A DNA stretch of 64,000 bases, taken from an uncultured Enterobacteriaceae bacterium (GTDB lineage Bacteria; Myxococcota_A; UBA796; SXON01). The notes under the pieces were generated by a model. It was not told where the DNA came from. It ran no database searches and worked only from the letters and a program-made list of their open reading frames with translations. The position numbers and the translations under genes are program-made. The stretch spans positions 169,460-233,459 of the forward strand of contig CAYWGD010000002.1 in the NCBI GenBank assembly GCA_964457335.1. Reading direction: 5' to 3'. Below are positions 39,980-49,400 of the stretch, in pieces (the first letter of the stretch is position 1; each line of letters begins with the position of its first letter).

Positions 39980-41542
39980 TCAAGCCGGGTGGGCGGACGC
40001 CGCGCGCCACGCTGCGGCGCTTCGTTCCCGGAAGATCGACCGCTCGATCCGGTCGAGGAGCACGGGGAGCCCCTCTCCGGTGCGGGCGCTGACGGGTGTG
40101 GCCTCCCAGGCCTCCACGAGTTGCTTCACCCGCTCGGGATCCGTCCGGTCGATCTGGTTGACCACCACCAGCGTGGGTGTGTCCGCGGCCCCGAGATCCT
40201 TTAGCACGGCGTCCACCGTGGTCTTCTGCGCCTCGGCCTCCTCGTCCCCCGCGTCCACCACGTGCACGAGGAGGTCCGCCTCCAGGGCCTCGTCGAGGGT
40301 GCTTCGGAAGGCGTGGACGAGATCCTTGGGGAGATCTCGGATGAAGCCGACCGTGTCCGTCAGGATGATCTCCCGATCCTCGGGGAAGCGCATCCGCCGC
40401 GAGGTGGGATCGAGCGTGGCGAAGAGCTTGTCCTCGGCGTCCACCGCGCTCTGGGTCATCCGGTTCAACAGCGTGGACTTGCCGGCGTTCGTGTAGCCGA
40501 CGATGGCGACCAGCGGCAGACCGACCCGCTTGCGTCGGTTCCGCCGCATCGCGCGCTCCTCGGCGATCTCGTCGAGCTGCTTCTGGACGCGGTGCAGGCG
40601 TTCGTCCGCCCGGCGGCGGTTGATCTCCAGCTTGGTCTCGCCCGGGCCGCGTCCGCCGATGCCGCCGGTGAGTCGGCTCATGGCGGTGGGCATGAGCGCG
40701 AGCCGCGGCTTGCGGTAGCGCAACTGCGCGAGCTCGACCTGGAGCTTGCCTTCGCGCGTGGTCGCGCGTTGGCTGAAGATGTCCAGGATCAGCTGGGTGC
40801 GGTCGAGCACCTTGAGCTCGGTCTCCGTGGCGATGTTCCGGAGCTGCGACGGCGACAGCTCCTGGTCGAACACGAGGACGTTGGCGCCGAGGTGCATGCA
40901 CCGGAGGACCAGGTCCTTCAGCTTGCCCTGGCCGACGAGCGTGCGGCCGTCGAGCTCGCGCCGGACCTGCAGCACCGAGTCGACCACCTGGAGGCCGGCC
41001 GTGTCCGCGAGGCGCCCGAGCTCCTCGAGGGAGCGCCGCGCGGTGCGCGGATCGCGCGTCGTGACGCTGATGAGGACCGCGTTCTCGCGCCCGGCGACCC
41101 GCCGCGCCTCCGCGGCCGTGCGGAACTGCGCTTCGAGGTCGCGGATGAACGCGGAGAAGTCCTCCTCCCACCCGTGCACCGACGGCACCTTCTCGACGCG
41201 CCACATCTCGCCGCCACGCGCCGCGTCGGGGGGGAGCAGCACGCCGTACTCGATCGCGCCGGGGAGGCCGTCGGGCAGGGCCTGGATCACCACCACCGTG
41301 TCGAGGCGGAGGAGCGCGAGGTCGGTGAGGTCGTCCTTGGAGAGGCCTTCGCCGCGGAGGTGCGTGTGGATGAGCCGGAGACCGCGGAAGCGGCCCGCGC
41401 CGGCGCGCTCGCGCCCGAGCTCCGGGATGAAGAGCTGGTGGGCGTCGCCCACGATGACCTTGTCCACCACGCCCATGCGGTCCACCAGCAAGCCGATCTG
41501 CCGGTTGCAGTCCCGGGAGACCTCCGTGAGGCGGCGGGCCAA
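39980..41542 (-). CDS. hflX: GTPase HflX (listed from the first canonical start, TTG 41542; the coding region probably extends to 41650)
   Basis: G-domain GYTNAGKSTLLN, ...DTVGFI..., NQID. The HflX N-domain lies upstream. See the finding on a possible ATC start at 41650. Confidence 0.9.
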   Translation of the reverse strand: MARRLTEVSRDCNRQIGLLVDRMGVVDKVIVGDAHQLFIPELGRERAGAGRFRGLRLIHTHLRGEGLSKDDLTDLALLRLDTVVVIQALPDGLPGAIEYGVLLPPDAARGGEMWRVEKVPSVHGWEEDFSAFIRDLEAQFRTAAEARRVAGRENAVLISVTTRDPRTARRSLEELGRLADTAGLQVVDSVLQVRRELDGRTLVGQGKLKDLVLRCMHLGANVLVFDQELSPSQLRNIATETELKVLDRTQLILDIFSQRATTREGKLQVELAQLRYRKPRLALMPTAMSRLTGGIGGRGPGETKLEINRRRADERLHRVQKQLDEIAEERAMRRNRRKRVGLPLVAIVGYTNAGKSTLLNRMTQSAVDAEDKLFATLDPTSRRMRFPEDREIILTDTVGFIRDLPKDLVHAFRSTLDEALEADLLVHVVDAGDEEAEAQKTTVDAVLKDLGAADTPTLVVVNQIDRTDPERVKQLVEAWEATPVSARTGEGLPVLLDRIERSIFRERSAAAWRAASAHPA

Positions 41543-41660
41543 CTCGGGGGTGGCGAAGCGCGAGGCGTGTACGCGGCGCTGGTAGAACGACTGGAGGGCC
41601 TTGTTCTGGCTGGGCTTCAGGCCCTCGGTGTTCCCGAAAAGCGTTTCGATGGTGGTGCTC

Positions 41661-42893
41661 CTACTTGGTCGCGACGCGCTCCAGCACGCCGGGCAGATCC
41701 ACCCCCAACGCCCCCTTCAGCTCCTCCACGAGGGCGACGGCCTTTCGGGTGTCGACCCCGGTGTCGGGAGGCAGGACGGTGAGGCGGTCCACCTTGACGG
41801 ACTGAATCGTAGACACGAGTTGTCCCATCGTCGCCTGCAACTTCTGCATCAAGAAGATGTCCCGGGCCGCGTCGCCGCCGTTCTTCCAGGTCTCGATCAT
41901 CTGGAGGAGGACCTGGTTGGTGGCACGCCCGTCCTCGATGATCTTGGCGGCGGCACCCTTCGCCGCGGCCACGCCCGCCTCCATCTCGGCCTGGGCAGGC
42001 GCGATGATGTCCGCCTCGAGCTGCAGGCGCGCCTGCTCCACGCGCGCGGCCTGCACCTTGAGCTCCCCCTCGGCCCGCGCGACGGCGGCCTTCACGTGGC
42101 CGACCTCCTCGGCCACGAGCGCCTCGCGCCGGGACAGGGTCTCGACGATCCGGCGCTCGGTCTGGGTCCGCGCGATCTCGATCTCCGAGTCGAGCTCCGA
42201 GACGCGGGCGCGCTCGCGCGCCGAAGCGTCCTGCGTGATCGACCGGGCCTTGGCGTTGGTCTCGGCGACCTTGGAGCGGCTCACCAGGTCCGCGGAGCTC
42301 TTGCGGCCGATGCTGTTGAGGTAGCCCTTCTCGTCCGACACGTTCTGGATCTTCAGCGTGTCGAGCACGAGGCCGAGCCGGGTGAGGTCGTGCTCCGCCT
42401 CCTCCAGGAGCTTCTCGGCGAACGCGATCTTGTCCTCGTTCACCTGCTCGGGGGTGAGCTGGGAGAGCACGCCGCGCAGGTTCCCTTCGAGCGTGTCCTT
42501 CGCCACCTGCACGATGTCCTTGCGGGCGTACCCGAGGAAGCGCTCGATCGCGTTGTTGAGGACCGGCTCGTGGCCGGCGATCTTGACGTTGGCGACGCCC
42601 TGGACGGTGAGCGGGATGCCGCCCTTCGAGTAGGCGTTGGTGACGCTGACCTCGATGATCATGTTGGTGAGGTCGACTCGATCGACCGTCTCGAGGAGCG
42701 GGATGCGCACGGAGCGCCCGCCCTTGACGATGCGGTAGCCGACCGGGCGCCCCTCCAGCTGCCGGGTAGTGCCCGAGAAGATGAGCACCTCGTTGGGGCC
42801 GCAGATGTAGAGGAGGTTCCGCAGCACCACCACCGCGCAGATGGCGAAGAAGGCGACGACGAAGAGGAGGACCAGGGGGACGAGCAGGTTCAC
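41661..42893 (-). CDS. Flotillin-like SPFH/band-7 protein (YqiK/FloT-like), copy 1
   Basis: GTG start in a GTGA overlap with copy 2. N-terminal TM segment, SPFH core ...GGRSVRIPLLETVDRVDLTNM...TNAYSKGGIPLTVQGVANVKI..., then a long Ala/Glu-rich coiled coil. Confidence 0.9.
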   Translation of the reverse strand: MNLLVPLVLLFVVAFFAICAVVVLRNLLYICGPNEVLIFSGTTRQLEGRPVGYRIVKGGRSVRIPLLETVDRVDLTNMIIEVSVTNAYSKGGIPLTVQGVANVKIAGHEPVLNNAIERFLGYARKDIVQVAKDTLEGNLRGVLSQLTPEQVNEDKIAFAEKLLEEAEHDLTRLGLVLDTLKIQNVSDEKGYLNSIGRKSSADLVSRSKVAETNAKARSITQDASARERARVSELDSEIEIARTQTERRIVETLSRREALVAEEVGHVKAAVARAEGELKVQAARVEQARLQLEADIIAPAQAEMEAGVAAAKGAAAKIIEDGRATNQVLLQMIETWKNGGDAARDIFLMQKLQATMGQLVSTIQSVKVDRLTVLPPDTGVDTRKAVALVEELKGALGVDLPGVLERVATK

Positions 42894-44173
42894 GACCGGG
42901 TCTCCGGGCTGACGGGGGCGGGGCGGGGAGCGAGGGTGCCGGTGATGTCGACGCCGGTGGTCAGGCGGAGCTCGTCGAGCACCTGTTTCACCATCGCCGG
43001 GTAGCCGGAGACGACGGCGGCGAGCGCCTTGCCGTCCCCGCGATCGAGCACGTTGACCTCGCCCACGTGGACGCTGCTCACCCGCGCGACCACCGTGCCG
43101 ACGATGTGCTCGAGCTGCTGGATCAGGAAGATGTCGCGCGCGTCCGTCCCCGCGGCCTGCCAGGTCTTGGTGAGCATCGCGAGGACCTCGGCCATGGCCG
43201 CGCCGTTCTCGGCGATGACCGCGGCCTCGCCGCGCGCGCGCAGAGCCTCGGCTTGCTGCTGTGCCCGGGCGGGCAGCACGACCTCCGCCATGAGCCTGGT
43301 CTGTTCGAGCTTCTGGCGGATGGTCTGGAGCTCCTGCTCGGCAGCGGCGCGGGCTTCCGCCGCGAACTGGCCGGTGAGCTCCTCCTCGGACTTCGCGCGG
43401 GCCTCGAGCTCGGCGCGGATGCGGCGAAGCTCGTTCTGCTTCTGGGCGATGCGAGCCTCCGCCTGCTCGACCGCGATTTTCCCGGACTGGTTGGCCAACG
43501 CGGCCGCCTGCTCGGCCGAGCTCTTGGCCTGGGACTCGGCGATGTCCGCCACCATGAGCACGTTCGCGATGCGCTCGCGCCCGATGCTGTCGAGGTACTT
43601 CACCTCGTCGTAGACGTTGAGGACCCGCAGCGTGTCGAGCTGCAGACCGAGCTTCCGCAGGTCGTCCTCCGCCTCGTCCAGGAGCGCGTTGGCGAACTTC
43701 AGGCGGTCCTCGTTGACCTCCTCGGGGGTCAGGCGGGCGAGGACGCCGCGGAGGTGCCCCTCGAGGGACTCCTTGGCGACCCGCCGGATCTCCGCCGGGT
43801 CCCGGCCGAGGAACCGCTCGACCGCGTTCATGATGACCTTCGGATCGCCCGAGACCTTCACGTTGGCGATCGCGTGGACGTTCAGGGGGATGCCGCCCTT
43901 GGAGTAGGCGTTCGTCACGTGCAGATCGAGCGGGATGGTCGCGAGGCTCATCGCGTCCACCCGCTCGAAGAGCGGGACCCGCACGGAGCGCCCCCCGAAG
44001 ACGAGGCGGTACCCGACCTCGGATCCGTCGGCCATCTGGCGCTTTTGACCCGAGAAGATGAGCACTTCGTCGGGTCGGCAGATGAACAGGAATTGTTTGG
44101 CGATGGTGACCGCCAGGAGCAGGCCGAAGCCGGCGCCGCCCGCGAGGCAGAGGGACGTGACGAGCTCTTCCAA
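42890..44173 (-). CDS. Flotillin-like SPFH/band-7 protein, copy 2 (paralog of 41661..42893)
   Basis: This is the real part of track ORF 42890..44851. TTG start at 44173 is tentative. The sequence ...GGRSVRVPLFERVDAMSLATI...TNAYSKGGIPLNVHAIANVKV... is collinear with copy 1. Confidence 0.85.
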   Translation of the reverse strand: MEELVTSLCLAGGAGFGLLLAVTIAKQFLFICRPDEVLIFSGQKRQMADGSEVGYRLVFGGRSVRVPLFERVDAMSLATIPLDLHVTNAYSKGGIPLNVHAIANVKVSGDPKVIMNAVERFLGRDPAEIRRVAKESLEGHLRGVLARLTPEEVNEDRLKFANALLDEAEDDLRKLGLQLDTLRVLNVYDEVKYLDSIGRERIANVLMVADIAESQAKSSAEQAAALANQSGKIAVEQAEARIAQKQNELRRIRAELEARAKSEEELTGQFAAEARAAAEQELQTIRQKLEQTRLMAEVVLPARAQQQAEALRARGEAAVIAENGAAMAEVLAMLTKTWQAAGTDARDIFLIQQLEHIVGTVVARVSSVHVGEVNVLDRGDGKALAAVVSGYPAMVKQVLDELRLTTGVDITGTLAPRPAPVSPETRS

Positions 44174-44184
44174 GTGGTTCTCGC

Positions 44185-44877
44185 TCAGGAGGAGGTGGAG
44201 ATGGGGGAGGGGGGGCGACGATCGGGCGTGAGGGAGGTCACGTCCGCCGTTCCGCCGGAGACATCGACGACGAGCACCCGCTCCGTCCGTTCGAGGAGGC
44301 GCTCCTCGCGCGTGGTGGCCGGGAGGTCGATGATCTGGCCGTTGTGGATCAGCCGGACCTTGCCGAGCTTCCCCGGGCCCACGGTCAGGACGACCTCGGC
44401 GTCGCGGCCTCGGAGCGTACGCGCGTCGAGCGCGCTGGAGACGGTCTCGCGGGACACCGCGCGCAGCAGCGTGGTGACGCCAACCCCGACGCCGATGCCG
44501 GTGAGGACGGCGAGCACGAGGCCGACCACCGGGGGGGAGCCGAGGAGCGTCAGCAGCACGCCGGTCATCCCGAACGAGGCGAGGGCGAAGGTCCAGAAGC
44601 GCAGGGAGAGCAGGGTCGCGGCGAGCGCGCCGACCCCCGGGGCGTGGGCGAGGTTCTTGTCCAGCGCCGCGGCGTGATCGTGGTCGTGGTCGTGCGAGAG
44701 GTCGTGGTCGTGCGAGAGGTCGTGGTCGTGCGAGAGGTCGTGGTCGTGGCCGAGATCCCCGTCCGCGTCCGGGCCGTCGGCCCCCCCGTCGACCTCCTTC
44801 CCGGCCCCCACCATCGAGGCGCCGATGAGGATCCCGCCGAGGACGAGGCATCCGGCATACAGCGCGAAGAGGGTCAC
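44185..44877 (-). CDS. NfeD/YqiJ-like membrane protein with His/Asp repeat loop
   Basis: 230 aa. TM segment, (HDHDLS)3-4 loop, two or three further TM segments, and a C-terminal OB-like ...GKVRLIHNGQIIDLPATT.... It sits directly upstream of the SPFH genes, as in yqiJ-yqiK-type operons. Confidence 0.75.
   Translation of the reverse strand: MTLFALYAGCLVLGGILIGASMVGAGKEVDGGADGPDADGDLGHDHDLSHDHDLSHDHDLSHDHDHDHAAALDKNLAHAPGVGALAATLLSLRFWTFALASFGMTGVLLTLLGSPPVVGLVLAVLTGIGVGVGVTTLLRAVSRETVSSALDARTLRGRDAEVVLTVGPGKLGKVRLIHNGQIIDLPATTREERLLERTERVLVVDVSGGTADVTSLTPDRRPPSPISTSS
44683..44754 (-). repeat. 18-bp in-frame tandem repeat, three perfect units plus a variant
   Basis: gtcgtggtcgtgcgagag is read three times (44683-44736), followed by a variant unit. 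It encodes HDHDLS repeats in the NfeD-like gene. Confidence 0.88.
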
Positions 44878-44902
44878 GACAGCGTCCTTCGAGGAGAGGG
44901 GG

Positions 44903-45232
44903 TCAACGACGGGCGAGGCTGAGCCAGCCCGCGATGAACGCCACGCCGCCCAGGGGCGTCACGGCGCCGAGGACGGGGAGGTCGAGCAGCACGAGCGCGT
45001 AGAGGCTCCCGCTGAAGAGTACGATCCCCGCCCCGAAGAGGGCGAAGGAGGTGGTCCGCGGGGTCGGCGCGGAGGCGAGCACGAGGAGCACGACGGCGTG
45101 CACGAGGTGGTAGCTCGCTGCGGTCTGCCAGGTGTCGAGCCGCTCCGGCGTGACCTGCCCGCGCAGGGCGTGCGCGCCGAAGGCCCCGGCGGCGACGGCC
45201 AGGGCTCCGAGCACCCCCGCGATCGGCCTCAT
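44903..45232 (-). CDS. DUF423 (YgdD-like) small membrane protein
   Basis: This is the last 109 codons of track ORF 44903..46369. MRPIAGVLGALAVAAGAFGAHAL...YHLVHAVVLL...GSLYAL.. carries the typical DUF423 GAFGAH signature. Confidence 0.8.
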   Translation of the reverse strand: MRPIAGVLGALAVAAGAFGAHALRGQVTPERLDTWQTAASYHLVHAVVLLVLASAPTPRTTSFALFGAGIVLFSGSLYALVLLDLPVLGAVTPLGGVAFIAGWLSLARR

Positions 45233-45450
45233 TCCTGCCCCCGCAGCGCGGCCAGCGCGTCCAGCAGCTCCCGCTCGTCGCGGAAGCGTGCGGTGGCGCC
45301 GTCCACGCGAGCGATCAACGCGCGCTCGCACGTCTCGCAACGGTCGAAGCACTCGACGGTCGACAGCGTCGCGCCGGTCGCCGCGACCCGGTCCGGGAGC
45401 GAGGGCGCGTGGCGGGACATGCCCGTCCTGCAGACCACGACCTCGGTCAA
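45229..45450 (-). CDS. DUF1450 (YuzB-like) small Cys-motif protein
   Basis: 73 aa. VVVC...VECFDRCETCERALIARVDG....ELLDAL resembles the YuzB-type pattern, from memory. ATGA overlap with the DUF423 gene. Confidence 0.55.
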   Translation of the reverse strand: MTEVVVCRTGMSRHAPSLPDRVAATGATLSTVECFDRCETCERALIARVDGATARFRDERELLDALAALRGQE

Positions 45451-45641
45451 GTCGCCTCCGGCTTACTCGCCATGCGAGTGCTCGACGGGTGGGCGAACCG
45501 GCAGATGTCTGGGAGCGCGGGCATGTTGCGGGTGTATCCCGTCGTCTCCGGCGGGCGAGGGGCCCTCGCCGCGCCACGGCGCCCGACGCCCCGGGAACCT
45601 CGACCTGAACGAGGTTCGGATGGGGCGGACAATTTCTGGCC

Positions 45642-45670
45642 TTGCGAGGGATGGTACCTGAACGTACGTT
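45642..45670 (+). promoter_or_regulatory. Candidate imuA promoter TTGCGA-N17-TACGTT, predicting a leaderless transcript
   Basis: The -10-like hexamer ends 6 nt before the imuA ATG (45677). There is no room for a Shine-Dalgarno sequence. The -10 hexamer lies inside the LexA-type palindrome. Confidence 0.4.
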
Positions 45671-45673
45671 CAG
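45658..45673. promoter_or_regulatory. LexA (SOS) box, perfect 16-bp palindrome CTGAACGTACGTTCAG
   Basis: Read directly from the sequence. It has a GAAC-N4-GTTC core and matches 15 of 17 positions of the M. xanthus LexA consensus CTRHAMRYBYGTTCAGS as I recall it. It lies 3 nt upstream of imuA. Confidence 0.72.
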
Positions 45674-45676
45674 ACC

Positions 45677-46495
45677 ATGCCCCAGCTGCCCCTCCGACTC
45701 GTCCCCCCCCTGGGGGAGGCCCTTCCGGGTACCCCGGCCGGGGCCGTCGTATCGGGTGCGACGCTCTCGGGACCTCGTCCGGCGGCGGGCCCGCGCGCCG
45801 CCACGCTCGATCGCCTGCGGGCCCTGGTGGGGTCTCGCGGGCGCGTGGGGATCCTCCCGCCGCCGCGAGAGCCCGACCCGGGGCTCCCGGCGCTCGACCC
45901 GGGCAGCATCTCCACCGACATCGCCGGGCTCGACGCGTGGCTGCACGGATGGCCGCGGCCCGGCCCCATCGAGATCGCGGGCCGGTCGGGGGCGGGTCGC
46001 CTCGCCCTCGTCGTCCCCCTGCTCGAGCGGCTCACACGAGAAGGGAGGACGGTGCTCCTCGTGGACCCGCTCCAGCAGCTGCACCCCCCGGGGCTGGGCC
46101 GGGTCGATCCCGCGCGGATCGTGCTCGTCCGCCCGCCGCCCGAACGCGCGGCCTGGACGGCGGAGCAGGTAGCGCGTTCGGGCGCCGTCGAAGCGATGGT
46201 GCTGCTCGATGCCCCGCCGCTGGGGCGGGCCGGCGTGCGTCTCGCGCGGGCCGCCGAAGCCGGCAACATGGCCGTCTTCGTGCTGGCCGACCGTCCCGAG
46301 GTGGATCTCCCCGCCATCCTCCGGCTCGAAGCCGACGGTTGGCAGGGCGACGAGCACGTGCGCGTGCACTGCACCCGCAGCCGGGACGGCCGCCGCGTGG
46401 GCACGCGGCTCGTGGCCCCGGGAGAGCGCCCGTCCGAGCCCGTCCGGATGAGCGAGGCGACAAAGGCCGTCCGGTACCGTGTGAGGTCCGCGTGA
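45677..46495 (+). CDS. imuA: ImuA (RecA/SulA-like component of the SOS mutagenesis cassette)
   Basis: 272 aa. ...GPIEIAGRSGAGRLALVVPLL... is a degenerate P-loop and ...AVEAMVLLDAPP... follows. Position upstream of imuB-dnaE2 and downstream of the LexA box. Confidence 0.8.
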   Translation: MPQLPLRLVPPLGEALPGTPAGAVVSGATLSGPRPAAGPRAATLDRLRALVGSRGRVGILPPPREPDPGLPALDPGSISTDIAGLDAWLHGWPRPGPIEIAGRSGAGRLALVVPLLERLTREGRTVLLVDPLQQLHPPGLGRVDPARIVLVRPPPERAAWTAEQVARSGAVEAMVLLDAPPLGRAGVRLARAAEAGNMAVFVLADRPEVDLPAILRLEADGWQGDEHVRVHCTRSRDGRRVGTRLVAPGERPSEPVRMSEATKAVRYRVRSA

Positions 46496-49400
46496 GCCAG
46501 CGCGGGTTCCTCGGCATCCACCTCCCCGGCTTCCGCCTCGAGCGGTGCGGCTGGGAGCCGCGCCTTCCGGCCGTCCTCGTCACGACCGAGCGCGGCGCGG
46601 AGCGCGTGCAGGCCGCGTCGCTGCCCGCGGGACGGGCCGGTGTCCGGGTGGGGATGACCCTGGCCGCCGCTCGGGCGCTCCTCCCGGAGATCCGGGTGGA
46701 GCGGCTCGATCCCACGGGAGAGCTCGCGGATCTCGAGGCCTTGTGCGCCGCCCTCGGCCGCTTCACCCCCGCGGCGCGCCCCGTCCCGCCGGATTGCCTC
46801 CTCCTGGACGTGGGGCCGGGCGCCATGGCGCCGATCCGCGCCTGCCTCGCCGAGCTGGGGCACGCCAGCCGCATGGTCCTGGCGGAGGAGGGGCGGACCG
46901 CGCTCGCGCTCGCGCGTCACGCGCGGCGGGACCGGGTCGTCCCGAAAGGCGGGATCGCGGCGGCGCTCGCCCCCCTGCCCGTCAGCGCGCTGGAGCTACC
47001 GGAGGAGGTCCTCCTGTCGCTCCGGGACGTCGGCATCCGGACGGTCGAGCAGCTGGCATCCCTCCCGACGTCCGCGCTGGTGGGCCGCTACGGCGCGGCC
47101 GTGGCGTCGGCGCACGCGCGGGCCCGCGGGGTCGCGGCGCCCTCGCCGCTCCCGTTGCCACCGCCACGGGAGGAGTCGGCGTTCCGGATCGACTTCCCCG
47201 ATCCGGTCGACGTCCTCGAGGCCGTGTTGTTCGTCCTCAACGGGCTGGTGCGGGATCTCGTGGGATCGGTGGACAGGGCGGGGCGCGCAGTCGTGCGGGT
47301 CCAGGTCCGGCTCCGCCTCGAGGAGGGCGAGCACGTCCTCCCGGTTCGGCTCGGCCAACCCACGCGCGGGCACGAGCGCCTGTTCCGCCTCCTGCGGGCC
47401 CGCCTGGAGCGGGTGCAGCTCGGGTCGCCAGTCCTGGGCGTGACGCTGGAGGTCCTCGAGGCCGTGGCCTTCACGCCGGTGCAGCCCGGGCTCCTTGATC
47501 GGGCCCAGGCCGCCGAGCCTCTGCCGGAGCTCTGCGCCCGACTGCAGGACGTGTTGGGGGCCGAGGCGGTCTGCGTGCCGGCGCCCGTCGACACCTGGCG
47601 GCCGGAAGCGTCCTGGGTCGCGGTTCCCTGGGGACAGGAGCCTCCGAAGCCGCCCCCCACGGCGGTCCTCCCGGATCCGGCGGCGCCCCACGAGCCGGCC
47701 GAGCCGGCCCGGCCGCGTCCGGCCGTCCTCCTCGCCGAGCCGACGGCCCTGCGGGTCGCGGCCGCGCCGTCGGGGCGGCCGCGTGCGTTGCTCCTGGAGC
47801 GGGAGTGGACGCCGCTCGATCCCGTCGAAGGGCCGGAGCGCATCAGCGGCGACTGGTGGCAGGACGGGGGGTGGGCTCGCGACTACTGGCGCGTGGGCCT
47901 GCCGGACGGGCGGCGCGCGTGGATCTACCGGCAGGCGTCGTCCGAGGAGGCGACGCCGCTCGCGCAGCGGTGGTTCCTGCACGGCTGGCTGGACGGCACC
48001 AGCCCCGTGGCGTCGACGCCCCCTCCCGATCCGCCCCCTCCCGATCCGCCCCCTCCCGATCCGCCCCCTCCCGACCCACCGCACCCCGATCCCTCCGTCG
48101 ACGGGACACAGCGACGGGAGCCCTCCTCACGCCGCGCTCCGCGCCCGACCGTCCGGTACGCCGAGCTCGTCTGCCGTTCGAACTACTCCTTCTGCGAGGG
48201 GGCCTCCTTCCCCGAGGAGCTCGTGGAGCGCGCGAAGGAGCTCGGGCTCTCGGCGCTCGCGCTCACCGACCGGGACGGCGTGTACGGCAACGTCCGCTTC
48301 CACCGCGCCGGGGGCGGGATCCCGCTCCTCCACGGCTCCCTGCTCACCCTCCGCGCCGGGGAGGAGCGCGTCCTGGACGGGGGGCCGGCCTGGTCGGCGG
48401 TCGCGCTCGTACAGGACCTCGAGGGGTGGGCCACGCTCTGCCGCCTCCTGACGCGGGCCCGCGGCGAAGCGGTGAAGGGGCGCGCGGAGCTGCCGCTGGA
48501 CGCGCTCCTCGCGCAGAACGAGGGCCTGATCCTCCTCGCGCGGGGGGACTGGCCCGCCGAGGACCTCGCCCGCCTCCACGAAGCCGCGGGCGACAGGCTC
48601 TACCGCGCGGTGAGCAGGCGCCTCGCCTGCGGAGAGGAAGCGCGGATCGACGGGCTCGTGCGGGGCACGGTGCCCTGCGTCGCCACCAACGACGTGTTGA
48701 TGCACGCCCCGGCCCGCGCCCGGCTGCAGGACGTCCTCGCGTGCATCCGCATGCAGACGACGCTCCCGGCGGCCGGGACCCGCCTCCAGCCCAACGCGGA
48801 GCGCGTCCTGAAGGAGCCGGAGCGCATGGCGCGGCTCTTCCGGCCCTGGCCCGCCCTGATCGCGCGCACGGTCGAGATCGCGGAGCGGTGCTCCTTCTCC
48901 CTGCGCGAGCTCACGTACCGCTACCCCAGCGAGGTCGTCCCCGACGGCTACACCGCGATGGAGTGGCTCCGCGAGCTCACACGCCGGGGGGTCCGGGAGC
49001 GGTACGGACCGCGGCCGCCCGAGGCGGTCAGCCGCCAGATCGAGTACGAGCTCGCGATCGTCGAGCGCCTGAACTTCCCGGCCTACTTCCTGACGGTGCA
49101 CGACCTCGTCCGCTTCGCCCGGGAGCGCGGGATCCTCTGCCAGGGGCGGGGGAGCGCGGCCAACTCCGCGGTCTGCTACGCGCTCGGCGTCACCGCGGTG
49201 GACCCCGCGCGGTCGAGCCTGCTCTTCGAGCGCTTCATCTCGGAGGAGCGCGGCGAGCCGCCCGACATCGACATCGACTTCGAGCACGAGCGGCGCGAGG
49301 AGGTGATCCAGTACGTCTACGAGAAGTACGGGCGGGAACGTGCGGCGATGGTCAACGAGGTCATCTGCTGGCGCGGGCGGATGGCGGTGCGGGACGTTGG

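Noticed and set aside
45605-45619. Possible second LexA half-site pair, ctGAACgagGTTCgg
   Set aside because: The spacer is 3 nt rather than 4 and the flanks do not match. It is probably fortuitous.
45409-46491. 5' 361 codons of the 1,940-aa track ORF 45409..51231
   Set aside because: This part overlaps imuA in another frame and translates to Arg/Pro/Gly-rich sequence. The ImuB homology begins at GTG 46492, which overlaps the imuA stop.
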